Shown here in pieces: positions 1-9,190 of a stretch of 64,000 bases of DNA. The notes below the pieces were generated by a model. It had not been told where the DNA came from, did not search any database, and saw only the letters and a list, made by a program, of their open reading frames with translations. Source of the DNA: Terriglobia bacterium (GTDB lineage: Bacteria; Acidobacteriota; Terriglobia; 20CM-2-55-15); NCBI GenBank assembly GCA_965218585.1, contig CBDCLE010000002.1, positions 416,001-480,000 on the forward strand, in the 5' to 3' direction. Numbering within the stretch: the first letter of the stretch is position 1; every line of letters starts with the position of its first letter. The translations under genes were made by a program, and so were the position numbers.

Positions 1-909
1 TTCGGCCCCCATGCCTCCGGTCGCCGCCCCGATGAACACATCTTTCAAACGTCGGTTGCCGTTGCGGTTCAGTCCCCGCGTGGCGATCGGCTTTCGACGA
101 CGTACCACACGACTCCCTTCCTGCTCATACTCCGCACTCATGTGCATTGCCACGGCCAGACCGCTGTAGTTCCAGAGCTGGCGTTTGGTTCGAAATCGAT
201 GCGGGGTGTCCCCCGTCGCTACAATCAAGGCGCAACGTATCGGTCCCAACTGGGGAATCGTCTGCAATATCCCCACCGCACGATGCTTGCGGCTCTCGGT
301 TAACATCGCCAGCTTCGCTTTTTTTCTTAACCCTCTCAGATGATCCAGCTCCTCATACAACCATCCGGTACGCCGCCGTGCACCGGTATTGGCGAGCTGT
401 TCGATCCAGTGTTCCCGCTGCGATGGGAGGTAGACGCCGTGGCCCGGCGTCCGGATCCCACGTCCTCGATACATTGCCTTGATCCGAACCATCGTCCGCT
501 GCGTATCCAGGGTCAAGGTCTCATATCCGCGGACCAGTTCTTTCAACGTCCGCGTCGCATCGTGCCCGTGGTAGACCGACCGCAGCCATCCGGCCCGGAG
601 CAGCTCGGCCAGTTTCAGGGCATCCACCCGGTCGGTCTTGGACCCGTCACTGAGCAGTTTGTTCCGTCTGGGATCACACACGATCACTTCGCTCACATAT
701 CCCCGGACCACGTTGTAGAGCCATTCGGCCTGCGTGGTTTCTTCAAACGTCACGTGCAGCTCACCACTCAGACTCTCCAGCAAATCAATGATTGGCCCGG
801 CCTGGGTCTCTACGATCTTTTCCCAGACCAGTTTGCCGTCTGCGTTTAAGACCATCACCACCGTCGTTGCCTGGTGCACATCCATGCCGATATACTTGGC
901 CTGTTTCAT
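1..909 (-). CDS. IS110-family transposase/recombinase, 3' end truncated by window edge
   Basis: Not in the ORF track because no stop lies in the window. Manual translation from ATG at 909: MKQAKYIGMDVHQATT...VTFEETT...DPRRNKLLSDGSKTDRVDALKLAELL...LQTIPQLGPIRC...FRTKRQLWNYSGLAVAMHMSAEY...NGNRRLKDVF. This shows the RuvC-like DEDD motifs (YIGMDVH, E, KTDxxDA) plus the C-terminal Tnp domain; AAGGAG RBS upstream. Confidence 0.93.
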   Translation of the reverse strand, partial: MKQAKYIGMDVHQATTVVMVLNADGKLVWEKIVETQAGPIIDLLESLSGELHVTFEETTQAEWLYNVVRGYVSEVIVCDPRRNKLLSDGSKTDRVDALKLAELLRAGWLRSVYHGHDATRTLKELVRGYETLTLDTQRTMVRIKAMYRGRGIRTPGHGVYLPSQREHWIEQLANTGARRRTGWLYEELDHLRGLRKKAKLAMLTESRKHRAVGILQTIPQLGPIRCALIVATGDTPHRFRTKRQLWNYSGLAVAMHMSAEYEQEGSRVVRRRKPIATRGLNRNGNRRLKDVFIGAATGGMGAE

Positions 910-1018
910 TTACGTGCTCCTTTGTCTTTGAATTCAACGCAGCTACGTTGAATGGGTTGTTGTCGGGAGATTTTCCTCCTGGCAACAGCCGACAAAGGGG
1001 CGTCCTTCCTTATAGCGT
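1..1018 (-). mobile_element. IS110/IS1111-family insertion sequence, left part
   Basis: Recombinase gene plus about 110 bp upstream with two hairpins and a TATAAG -10-like hexamer (minus strand, 1009-1014) near the presumed end. The boundary is approximate. Confidence 0.6.
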
Positions 1019-1307
1019 GTTGCTGTGCCAAGAGCCACCGAAGAAAAGATTCAATTCGAGATCTCCCGACCCCTGAGACAGGGCGGGACGGGCGGTGAGG
1101 AGCAATCCGATCAAGAGGACACCTAAAGAGAGCCTACGCATGCGTGAACCTCAACCCTGCGCAGATAGCCTGCACACGGTTCTCCAGGCGCGCTCGACCG
1201 AAAACGACCTTATGGTTCCTGAAACAGTAACGGAAAGGACTCGCTAAAGTCAAACAAACTTAGGGCTTATGGCCGTTTGAGAGGGTTCGACCCGGATGCC
1301 CCTTTTG

Positions 1308-1337
1308 TTGACACCGTGTCTGGGGTTCATTTAGAAT
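1308..1337 (+). promoter_or_regulatory. sigma70-type promoter for the S55 operon
   Basis: TTGACA (1308-1313), 18-nt spacer, TAGAAT (1332-1337), about 130 bp upstream of the ATG at 1470. Confidence 0.6.
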
Positions 1338-1469
1338 TCAAATGCCGCTTTTTATTTGAAAATATTGGGCTTATGAGGCTTGCTCGACATTTCATGCGGA
1401 GTTTTTCCCAGAGCCTCGGCGACCTCGAACCAGGGGTCGGGCGGCCGAACAAGTGAGTGACGTAAGATC

Positions 1470-3353
1470 ATGACGCGATGGACCATGTTAGTTCCTGTCT
1501 TGGCGGCTTTTTCTCTACTGGCCGTCCCGCTGGCGAACGCCCAGAGTGGGGAGGAGGTCGAATTCTTCCCCGTCGACGAGCTTCGGGAAGGAATGCGGGG
1601 GGTTGGGCTTACGGTTTTCCACGGGACGACGATCGAGGAGTTCGACGTCGAGATCCTCGGCGTACTTAAGAATTCATCACCGAAGCAGGACATGGTTCTG
1701 GCACGCCTTTCAGGTGGTCCCCTGGCCCAGACCGGCGTAATGCAGGGGATGAGCGGAAGTCCGGTCTACATCGATGGCCGTCTCCTGGGCGCCGTAGCTT
1801 TCGGCTTCGTCTCGTCGATGGAACCGATCGCTGGCATCCAGCCCATATCCCAGATGGTCAACATTCTCGACCAGCCCGACGATCTCCAGAACGCAGAAGC
1901 CGCCGCTGGTCGGTTTCCAGCTGTGGCGGGGACGCTTCCCGCAGAGGGCGTCCGAAGTTATATGAATCGCGCGATGACGGGCCCGGACTCGAGTGACTTC
2001 TCCAGCAGCTATTTGCTGCCGCAATCCTGGACCGAGTCCGCAGCAGCAGCGTCGATGCGATCTACAGGACTTCAGCCGATCCGCACTCCGTTGTTCTTCT
2101 CTGGCGTATCGCCTGTTGCGGTTGCCGAGTTCGCCGGTGTGTTTGAAGCCTTTGGCTTCACGTCGGTCCAGGGCGGCGGAGCAGGAAGTGCCAGCTCTAT
2201 CCAGGGAGTTGAGGGTGGCGAGATACTGCCGGGCGCATCGATTAACGCGGAACTTGTTCGCGGAGACATCAACGTCAGTGCGAATGGCACGGTCACGCAC
2301 GTAGACGGCGACAAAGTGTACGCGTTTGGGCACCCCTTCCAGTCTACGGGTCCCACCGATCTGCCCATGTCTCGGGGATACGTGATTTCGTTGCTGCCGA
2401 ACCGGACGACTTCTTTCAAGCTTGCCGTTCCCATGGATGTTGTCGGGAACTTCCAGCAGGATCGGTCTACCGGTATTTTTGGCCGTCTCGGTGGCTCGGC
2501 GAGCATGATCCCGGTCACAGTAGAACTCCAGACGTCACGTAACGGGGTCGAGCGTTACGAATATGAGGTTATCGATGACCGGTTCATGACGCCGCTCATG
2601 ATGAACATGACTCTATTCAACCTGATCCTGGCGACGGAGCGGAGTCTTGGAGATTTGACGCTGGAGGTCAGTGGGACGATCAATCTGGAGAGCGGAGAGC
2701 AGATCGCAGTCAATAGTGCCTTCGCAGGCGAGGCCAACGCGCCGGTTCAGGCGACGCTGGCAACGGTCGCACCCCTGAGTTACTTGTTGTCGGGAGGGTT
2801 TGAATCGCTGGAGATTGAGTCTGTCGAACTCACAGTCAGATCTACCGATAGCCGAAGGAGCGCTCGTTTGGATGCGGTCAGCGTTGACCGGACCGAGGTT
2901 CGAGCCGGTGACCTGGTTACGCTTGAGGCGACGCTCAGAACGCTGGATGGGAATGAAGTCGTGCAGCAGTATCCGATCGTGATCCCCGAAGGCCTGGCTC
3001 CGGGTCGCGTGCAACTGCTGGTTGGTGACGGTGTTGCCATCACGACCTCCGACCTCCTTCGCGCGCCGTCGGCTCCACCTCGCGATTTGGGACAGGTAAT
3101 CCGGGAACTGAACGAGCTCAGAAAGAGAGACCGGCTGTACGTCAAGCTGTTGAGCACGAATCCCGGTGCCGTTATCGACGGAGAGGAACTGCCGTCGCTG
3201 CCGCCATCCATGATGGCAATGCTCGACACAGAGCGCTCTTCGAGCACTCACACTTCCGGAACGCGAGTTTCTCCGGTTAGTGAGTTCGAGTTGAGACCAT
3301 CGGACCTGGTCATTCAAGGGCAACGGTCGCTCGTTTTGACGATCATCCCGTAA
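1470..3353 (+). CDS. Secreted SpoIVB-like serine peptidase (family S55)
   Basis: Signal peptide; G-x-T-V-F-x-G...F-x-V-E-I-L-G-V N-terminal block; GVMQGMSGSPVYIDGRLLGAV nucleophile motif; AFGHPF motif. Confidence 0.85.
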   Translation: MTRWTMLVPVLAAFSLLAVPLANAQSGEEVEFFPVDELREGMRGVGLTVFHGTTIEEFDVEILGVLKNSSPKQDMVLARLSGGPLAQTGVMQGMSGSPVYIDGRLLGAVAFGFVSSMEPIAGIQPISQMVNILDQPDDLQNAEAAAGRFPAVAGTLPAEGVRSYMNRAMTGPDSSDFSSSYLLPQSWTESAAAASMRSTGLQPIRTPLFFSGVSPVAVAEFAGVFEAFGFTSVQGGGAGSASSIQGVEGGEILPGASINAELVRGDINVSANGTVTHVDGDKVYAFGHPFQSTGPTDLPMSRGYVISLLPNRTTSFKLAVPMDVVGNFQQDRSTGIFGRLGGSASMIPVTVELQTSRNGVERYEYEVIDDRFMTPLMMNMTLFNLILATERSLGDLTLEVSGTINLESGEQIAVNSAFAGEANAPVQATLATVAPLSYLLSGGFESLEIESVELTVRSTDSRRSARLDAVSVDRTEVRAGDLVTLEATLRTLDGNEVVQQYPIVIPEGLAPGRVQLLVGDGVAITTSDLLRAPSAPPRDLGQVIRELNELRKRDRLYVKLLSTNPGAVIDGEELPSLPPSMMAMLDTERSSSTHTSGTRVSPVSEFELRPSDLVIQGQRSLVLTIIP

Positions 3354-3381
3354 TAACTGTTTGGATCATAGAAAGGGATCG

Positions 3382-5586
3382 ATGAAGAAAATCCTCTGGC
3401 TGCTGCCGTTAGTGCTTGCCCTTCCCGCGCTTGCCGTCATTCCACAGTTCTGGGAAACTCGGACGTACGACGCGTTTCGAAGAGGCGAATTGGACGGGTT
3501 GTCGGTTACCGGAGAAGGTCAGTTGGTACTGGCGCCGAGTTTCGACGCAGTTTTCGAGACCCCGGATCCGATCATCTTCAGCGCCGCCACAGATCGGGAC
3601 GGGAACGTTTACCTGGGTACGGGTCACGATGGCAAGGTTTATAGAGTGGACGGTGACGGAAACGGAAGTGTCATAGCAGATCTGGACGAGTTGGACGTTC
3701 TGGCGGTTGCTGTCAGCGAGGACGATACCGTGTTCGCTGCCACCTCTCCCAACGGCAAAGTCTACCGGATTACCACCGACGGGAACACCGAGGTCTTCTT
3801 TGAGCCTGAGGCCCGCTACATCTGGTCGATGGTGTTCGATCAGGAAGGCAGAATGCTCGTGGCCACCGGAGACGAGGGCGTGATCTACCGTGTCGATGAT
3901 AACGGGCAGAGCGAGGTCTTCTACGACAGCGAAGAAACGCACATCATAACGATGGCGATGGACGGATCCGGCAACGTGATTGCAGGCGGGGACCCCAAGG
4001 GATACGTCTACAGAATTTCCGATAGGGGCCAGCCATTCGTTCTCTACGACTCCGGGATGAGGGAAGTGCGCTCGGTGAGAGTCGCCACCGACGGAACGAT
4101 CTATGCCGCAGCGCTCAATTCACCAAGCGGACCGGGTCTTGCTGGCCCGAATCCTGCTGTAACCAGCGGACCGGGGGAAGGTGCCACGGTATCGGTCACG
4201 GTCGGAGCGGGTCAGAGCACATTCGCTGCCCAGAACAGCAACGTAAATGGAGGACAGGCAGGTGGGGCAGGACGTGGCCGGGGCGGCGCGCAGGGTCGAG
4301 GTGGCGACCGAGGTCCGGCTTCCCAGAGCGTCATTCTCGAGATCACGTCGGACGGTGCGGTGACACGCGTCTGGGAGTCCGGCGACGAGATGGTGTTCGC
4401 CCTGCTACCACGTGACGGTGAGCTTCTCTTTTCGACAGGCACGCGAGGGCGCATTTATTCCCTGGAACCCCCCGAACGCGCAACGCTGCTGCTCGAGTCC
4501 ACCGAAGAGCAGACCACGCGTCTGCTGGCTTACGGCGACCGCATTCTCGCGACGTCGTCCAACGCCGGAAAGCTCTTCGAAGTCGGCGACACGGCCGGGG
4601 CTTCGGGAGCTTACGAATCCATTGTCAGGAATACCGGAGCCACTTCGAGTTGGGGCAAGGCCCTGTGGTCGGGTAATGGCGTTGAGGTTCTTACCCGCAG
4701 CGGCAACACTGGGAGTCCAGATCAAACATGGTCTGACTGGGCTGCGGTAGCAGACGATGGTGGCGTCCGAAGTCCCAGGGCTCGCTTCGTGCAGTGGCGC
4801 GCCATTTTGAGCGACGACGGGGGCGATTCTCCGATGCTGTCATCAGTTACGCTGCCTTATCTGCAGCAGAATTTCCGTCCCGAGATCCGTGGGGTTAACG
4901 TCTTGCGTCCCGGAATCGCCTTACAGGCTCTACCGGCGGCGAACAATAACGCGGGCGGCGGAAACGCACTCAACCGAGGCGGTACCTCGGGCAGAGTCTT
5001 GCCGACCACGCCTGCGGCGCAGGCCAGGACCATCGTGCGTACAGGAGCTCAATCCCTGAGATGGACCGCCCAGGACCAGAACAATGACGCGTTGATCTAT
5101 TCCATCTTGTACCGCGCCGGAAACGAAGGAGAGTGGAAGCAACTCGTAGCCGGAATCAAGGATACCTATTACACCATCGAGCCGGACACGCTGCCTGACG
5201 GGATGTACGTTTTTCGGGTTGTTACAAGTGATATCGGATCGAATCCAGCAGAAATGGCCCTGACAGGACAGATGGATACGCAGCCGTTTGCGATCGACGG
5301 CACACCCCCGGGTGTTACGGTAGAGCAGCGGGGCGTGGCAGGACGCGCGGTGAACCTCTACGTCGACGCCAACGATGAAACCTCGACGCTGAAACAAGCT
5401 GAGGTGTCGGTGGATGCAGGGCAATGGCGCCCTGTCTTTCCTGTCGACGGCATTGTCGATTCCCAATCGGAGGTATTCGAGTTTTCTTCCCTGGAATTGG
5501 ATTCGGGCGAGCATGTCGTAGCGTTCCGAATCTACGATCAGAACGAAAATGTAGGCATCGGGAAGACGATCGTGCAGATTCCGTGA
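3382..5586 (+). CDS. Secreted beta-propeller protein with C-terminal FN3/Ig-like domains
   Basis: Signal peptide MKKILWLLPLVLALPALA; repeated blades (D..GNVYLGTG..GKVYRV, G.V.AAT.PNGKVYRI); Gly/Arg-rich linker; C-terminal beta-sandwich-like segments. Start set to ATG 3382. Confidence 0.75.
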   Translation: MKKILWLLPLVLALPALAVIPQFWETRTYDAFRRGELDGLSVTGEGQLVLAPSFDAVFETPDPIIFSAATDRDGNVYLGTGHDGKVYRVDGDGNGSVIADLDELDVLAVAVSEDDTVFAATSPNGKVYRITTDGNTEVFFEPEARYIWSMVFDQEGRMLVATGDEGVIYRVDDNGQSEVFYDSEETHIITMAMDGSGNVIAGGDPKGYVYRISDRGQPFVLYDSGMREVRSVRVATDGTIYAAALNSPSGPGLAGPNPAVTSGPGEGATVSVTVGAGQSTFAAQNSNVNGGQAGGAGRGRGGAQGRGGDRGPASQSVILEITSDGAVTRVWESGDEMVFALLPRDGELLFSTGTRGRIYSLEPPERATLLLESTEEQTTRLLAYGDRILATSSNAGKLFEVGDTAGASGAYESIVRNTGATSSWGKALWSGNGVEVLTRSGNTGSPDQTWSDWAAVADDGGVRSPRARFVQWRAILSDDGGDSPMLSSVTLPYLQQNFRPEIRGVNVLRPGIALQALPAANNNAGGGNALNRGGTSGRVLPTTPAAQARTIVRTGAQSLRWTAQDQNNDALIYSILYRAGNEGEWKQLVAGIKDTYYTIEPDTLPDGMYVFRVVTSDIGSNPAEMALTGQMDTQPFAIDGTPPGVTVEQRGVAGRAVNLYVDANDETSTLKQAEVSVDAGQWRPVFPVDGIVDSQSEVFEFSSLELDSGEHVVAFRIYDQNENVGIGKTIVQIP

Positions 5587-5642
5587 AGACGAATCCGAGA
5601 TTGGACGTCTAATGCTCGTATGTCTTTCGAGAGCGAGGAGCC

Positions 5643-7652
5643 ATGAGGAATCTTAAAGCCGTTCTGGTTTGTTTTTTGTTGGCCTTACCGGGCACTGGCC
5701 TGGCACAGGTACCGACATCAGTTGATTCGGATCGTCCCCTGATAGACGTCGAATCCTATTCCATCCAAGCGACGATCGATCCCTTCGAGAGGGAACTGGT
5801 CGCCTCGGCCGTGATTCGGTTCATCCAACAGGACCGGCAGAATTTTGCGGTGTTCGATCTGGACCGGAACATGAGGGTGATCGACGTCTATCTAGGAGAA
5901 GAGGAACCGCTTCCGGTCCGCTTCCGCCAGTTCGATATCGATTCCACCCTGGAAGTCGACCTGAGCGATCTGGGGCAGTTTGATCAGCCCGTGGTCCGGG
6001 TCGAGTATGCGGGTGTGTTCAACCCTCAAGAAGGCCGTCGGGAACCCATACTGGCTCGGATCGGGGCGGACTCGGCTTTCCTCCTTAACGAAGCCAAGTG
6101 GTATCCCATGAACGGAGTTGGCCAGGATGCCGCCATCATGGATCTTCAGCTGACCGTGCCTTCGGACTGGGAGGTGGCCAGCGCACTTACGATTGTCGAT
6201 TCCCAACCTGATTTTGTTGTCGGAGGGGTTCAGCTGTCTCTTTCCGGAGCAGAACCCGCGTTCTGGGGAACGTTGGCCGCAGGTCCGTATGAATCGGTGT
6301 CGGTCCCGGCGTCAGTTCCGTCAGGGGGTGGTCCCAGAGTCGAAGCTCTAGTCTACGAAGATTCGGTCGAGGCCGCCCGGGATATGAGTGGAGCGGCGGC
6401 GGAAGCGTTCAGCTTTTACACAGAGACATTCGGTGAGGCGGTGGCGCCGTCGTTCCGAATCGTGGAGATCGACGGCGCGAATTGGGTGTCCAGGTCGGTG
6501 CCCGGTATGCTTCTGCTACCGGGAGCGGCGATTCGAGCCGATTTCGATCCGTGGGAACTGGCGCAGTATGTGGCGAACCAGTGGTTCCCGCTCAAGTACA
6601 CGGTTGTCGATCCCGAAGCTGATGCCTGGTTGGGTGAAGGCCTCGCGGTTTTTGCGAGCCTCTTCTATTTCGAAGAGACTCTGCCCGTCGGTGATGCAGA
6701 TGAATTCGTGGAAAGAACGCTCGTAAAGGCGCTCAGCTATGAAGATGGCTTGCCACTGAATGAGGTGGGCAGCCTTGCCCAAGATTCGGCCGAGTACCGG
6801 GCCATCGCAGGCTTCAAGGGGGGATTTGTATTCCGGATGCTTCGAGACGTGATGGGCGACGATGTCTTCCGCAGAATGCTTGACGATTTTTCTGTGACGT
6901 TCACTGAAAGCGGATTGTCTACCCAGAACCTATTGGAGGTTGCATCCCAGGCAGCCGGCGAAGATTTGACCTATTTCTTCGACCAGTGGGTCAACAGTGC
7001 TGGAATTCCGGAATTCACCCGCGAATACACGGTTTTCCGTACGACGGAAGGCTACAAGATCATGGGGCAGATCAATCAGGATCTGGACCTGTTCCGAATG
7101 CCGGTCGAAGTCGAAGTCCAGACCGATGGCGAGTTTGAATACCGTCAGACCTGGGTGTCCGGTCCGTCCAGCGATCTCGATCTCATTACCGAGCGGAAGC
7201 CTGGACTGATTGTTATTGATCCGGAGATGAGAATCCTGAGGCTGTCCCCGGAAATCCGGGTGTCGGTGAGCATCAGCCGTGGCGAGGATTTCGCAAATTC
7301 GGGCGACTACAACCGAGCCATCGACGAGTACCAGGACGCGATAGATGAAGATCGGCTGAGTTCGCTTGCCTACTTCAGAATGGGTGAGGCCCTGTTCGAG
7401 TTGGGCAACCTGCAGGCGGCGGCGAACGTATTTCGGGAAACGCTGAACGGTGATTTAGAGCCACGCTGGGTCGAAGTCTGGGCTTACGTCAACTTGGGTA
7501 AGATTTACGACATCCGCGGTCAGCGGGAGCGCGCCGTTACCGAGTACCAGAAGGCCGTCAACACCAGTGACGATGCATACGGTGCGCAGGGTGAGGCCGA
7601 ACAGTACATCGAAGAACCCTTCCGTCGAGCCGGTGGGCCCACAATCGGCTGA
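5643..7652 (+). CDS. Secreted M1 aminopeptidase-like protein with C-terminal TPR; zinc motif degenerate
   Basis: M1-like N-domain (Y.I...ID...R.L), WLGEGLA and FFDQWV motifs, TPR helices at the C-terminus. The HExxH position reads AQYVANQWF. Confidence 0.8.
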   Translation: MRNLKAVLVCFLLALPGTGLAQVPTSVDSDRPLIDVESYSIQATIDPFERELVASAVIRFIQQDRQNFAVFDLDRNMRVIDVYLGEEEPLPVRFRQFDIDSTLEVDLSDLGQFDQPVVRVEYAGVFNPQEGRREPILARIGADSAFLLNEAKWYPMNGVGQDAAIMDLQLTVPSDWEVASALTIVDSQPDFVVGGVQLSLSGAEPAFWGTLAAGPYESVSVPASVPSGGGPRVEALVYEDSVEAARDMSGAAAEAFSFYTETFGEAVAPSFRIVEIDGANWVSRSVPGMLLLPGAAIRADFDPWELAQYVANQWFPLKYTVVDPEADAWLGEGLAVFASLFYFEETLPVGDADEFVERTLVKALSYEDGLPLNEVGSLAQDSAEYRAIAGFKGGFVFRMLRDVMGDDVFRRMLDDFSVTFTESGLSTQNLLEVASQAAGEDLTYFFDQWVNSAGIPEFTREYTVFRTTEGYKIMGQINQDLDLFRMPVEVEVQTDGEFEYRQTWVSGPSSDLDLITERKPGLIVIDPEMRILRLSPEIRVSVSISRGEDFANSGDYNRAIDEYQDAIDEDRLSSLAYFRMGEALFELGNLQAAANVFRETLNGDLEPRWVEVWAYVNLGKIYDIRGQRERAVTEYQKAVNTSDDAYGAQGEAEQYIEEPFRRAGGPTIG

Positions 7653-7653
7653 T

Positions 7654-7711
7654 AGTTAAAAAGGGGACAGTGAGCAATTTCTTTATATTGCTCACTGTCC
7701 CCTTTTTAACT
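7654..7711. repeat. 25-bp perfect inverted repeat (REP-like / bidirectional terminator)
   Basis: AGTTAAAAAGGGGACAGTGAGCAAT (7654-7678) pairs with ATTGCTCACTGTCCCCTTTTTAACT (7687-7711). It lies between convergent genes; a partial extra arm follows at 7715-7729. Confidence 0.9.
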
Positions 7712-7729
7712 GTTCTGTCCCTTTTTAAC

Positions 7730-9190
7730 CTACTCCATCTGATAATTCGGGGCTTCCTTCGTGATGAACACGTCATGGACGTGGCTTTCCTTCAATGACG
7801 CGTCGGTGATCTTCATGAACTGGCTCTTCGTCTGGAGTTCTTCGATCGTGCCGCAACCGGAGTAGCCCATACCCGAGCGAAGGCCTCCGACAAGTTGATG
7901 CACCATTGAAGAAAGCGGCCCTTTGTGGGTGACGCGTCCTTCGACACCTTCGGGGACCAGCTTTCCCGGCTGCTCCTTTTCCTGCGCATAGCGGTCGCCG
8001 CTGCCTTCCTGCATTGCGCCGATCGAACCCATGCCGCGGTACGACTTGTACGTCCGGCCCTGGTAGAGAATGACTTCACCCGGACTTTCGTCCGTGCCGG
8101 CAAAGAGTGACCCGATCATGACCGTATCGGCCCCGGCTGCGATGGCCTTGGCGACATCTCCCGAGAACTTGACGCCTCCGTCCGCGATAAGCGGGATCTT
8201 GTGCTTCTCGCAAACAGTGCGGCATTCCATGATGGCGCTGATCTGTGGCACACCGGCGCCGCTGACGACGCGGGTTGTGCAGATCGATCCCGGACCGATC
8301 CCGATCTTGACAGCGTCCACCCCGGCATCGATGAGGTCCGTTGCCGCCTCTGCCGAAGCGATGTTGCCAGCGATAAGATCTGTATCCGGATACGCCTTTT
8401 TGACCTCCTTCACCGCTGCCAGCACCCGGGACGAATGCCCATGGGCTGTGTCGACAACGATGACGTCGACCTTGGCGCCAATCAGCGCGGCCGCCCGTTC
8501 CAGGTAGTCGCCCGTCGCCCCTATCGCCGCTCCCACACGAAGTCGACCGTGTTCGTCTTTGGCCGAAGACGGATATTTGATCTTCTTGGTGATGTCCTTG
8601 ACCGTGATCAGTCCTTTCAGATTCTGATTCTTATCTACGACCAGTAGTTTTTCGATGCGATGTTTGTGGAGGAGTCGTTGTGCCTCATCCAGCGTCGTAC
8701 CAACCGGCACGGTCACGAGGTTTTCTTTAGTCATCACCTCCCGGATCGGCAGTTGAAAGCGGTCTTCAAAGCGCAGGTCCCTGTTGGTCAAGATTCCTAC
8801 CAGACGTCCCCGTTCGGTTATCGGAACGCCCGATATTTTGTAATGCGCCATCAGGTCGACCGCTTCCTGAATCTTGTGGTCGGGAGACATCGTGATCGGA
8901 TCGACGATCATTCCACTCTCCGACCTCTTCACCTTGTCGACCTCGGAAGCCTGCTGGCCGATCTCCATGTTCCGGTGCATGATACCGATGCCGCCCTGTT
9001 GGGCGAGAGCGATGGCCAGACGTGACTCCGTGACCGTGTCCATGGCCGCGCTCGCAATAGGAATGTTCAGCGTAACGCGGCTGGTTAATCGCGTACGGGT
9101 CTGGACTTCGCTGGGCAGGACGTCCGATTTCATGGGCATGATCAGGACGTCGTCAAAGGTATAGGCTTCTGGAAATTTCTGTTCGTTCAA
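7730..9190 (-). CDS. guaB: IMP dehydrogenase
   Basis: [18 protein letters not shown] pair, catalytic [23 protein letters not shown]. Start set to TTG at 9190, overlapping the secA stop. Confidence 0.97.
   Translation of the reverse strand: MNEQKFPEAYTFDDVLIMPMKSDVLPSEVQTRTRLTSRVTLNIPIASAAMDTVTESRLAIALAQQGGIGIMHRNMEIGQQASEVDKVKRSESGMIVDPITMSPDHKIQEAVDLMAHYKISGVPITERGRLVGILTNRDLRFEDRFQLPIREVMTKENLVTVPVGTTLDEAQRLLHKHRIEKLLVVDKNQNLKGLITVKDITKKIKYPSSAKDEHGRLRVGAAIGATGDYLERAAALIGAKVDVIVVDTAHGHSSRVLAAVKEVKKAYPDTDLIAGNIASAEAATDLIDAGVDAVKIGIGPGSICTTRVVSGAGVPQISAIMECRTVCEKHKIPLIADGGVKFSGDVAKAIAAGADTVMIGSLFAGTDESPGEVILYQGRTYKSYRGMGSIGAMQEGSGDRYAQEKEQPGKLVPEGVEGRVTHKGPLSSMVHQLVGGLRSGMGYSGCGTIEELQTKSQFMKITDASLKESHVHDVFITKEAPNYQME

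Noticed and set aside
340-849. 169-aa + strand ORF and other small ORFs in 147-1076
   Set aside because: They are antisense shadows of the IS110 recombinase on the - strand.
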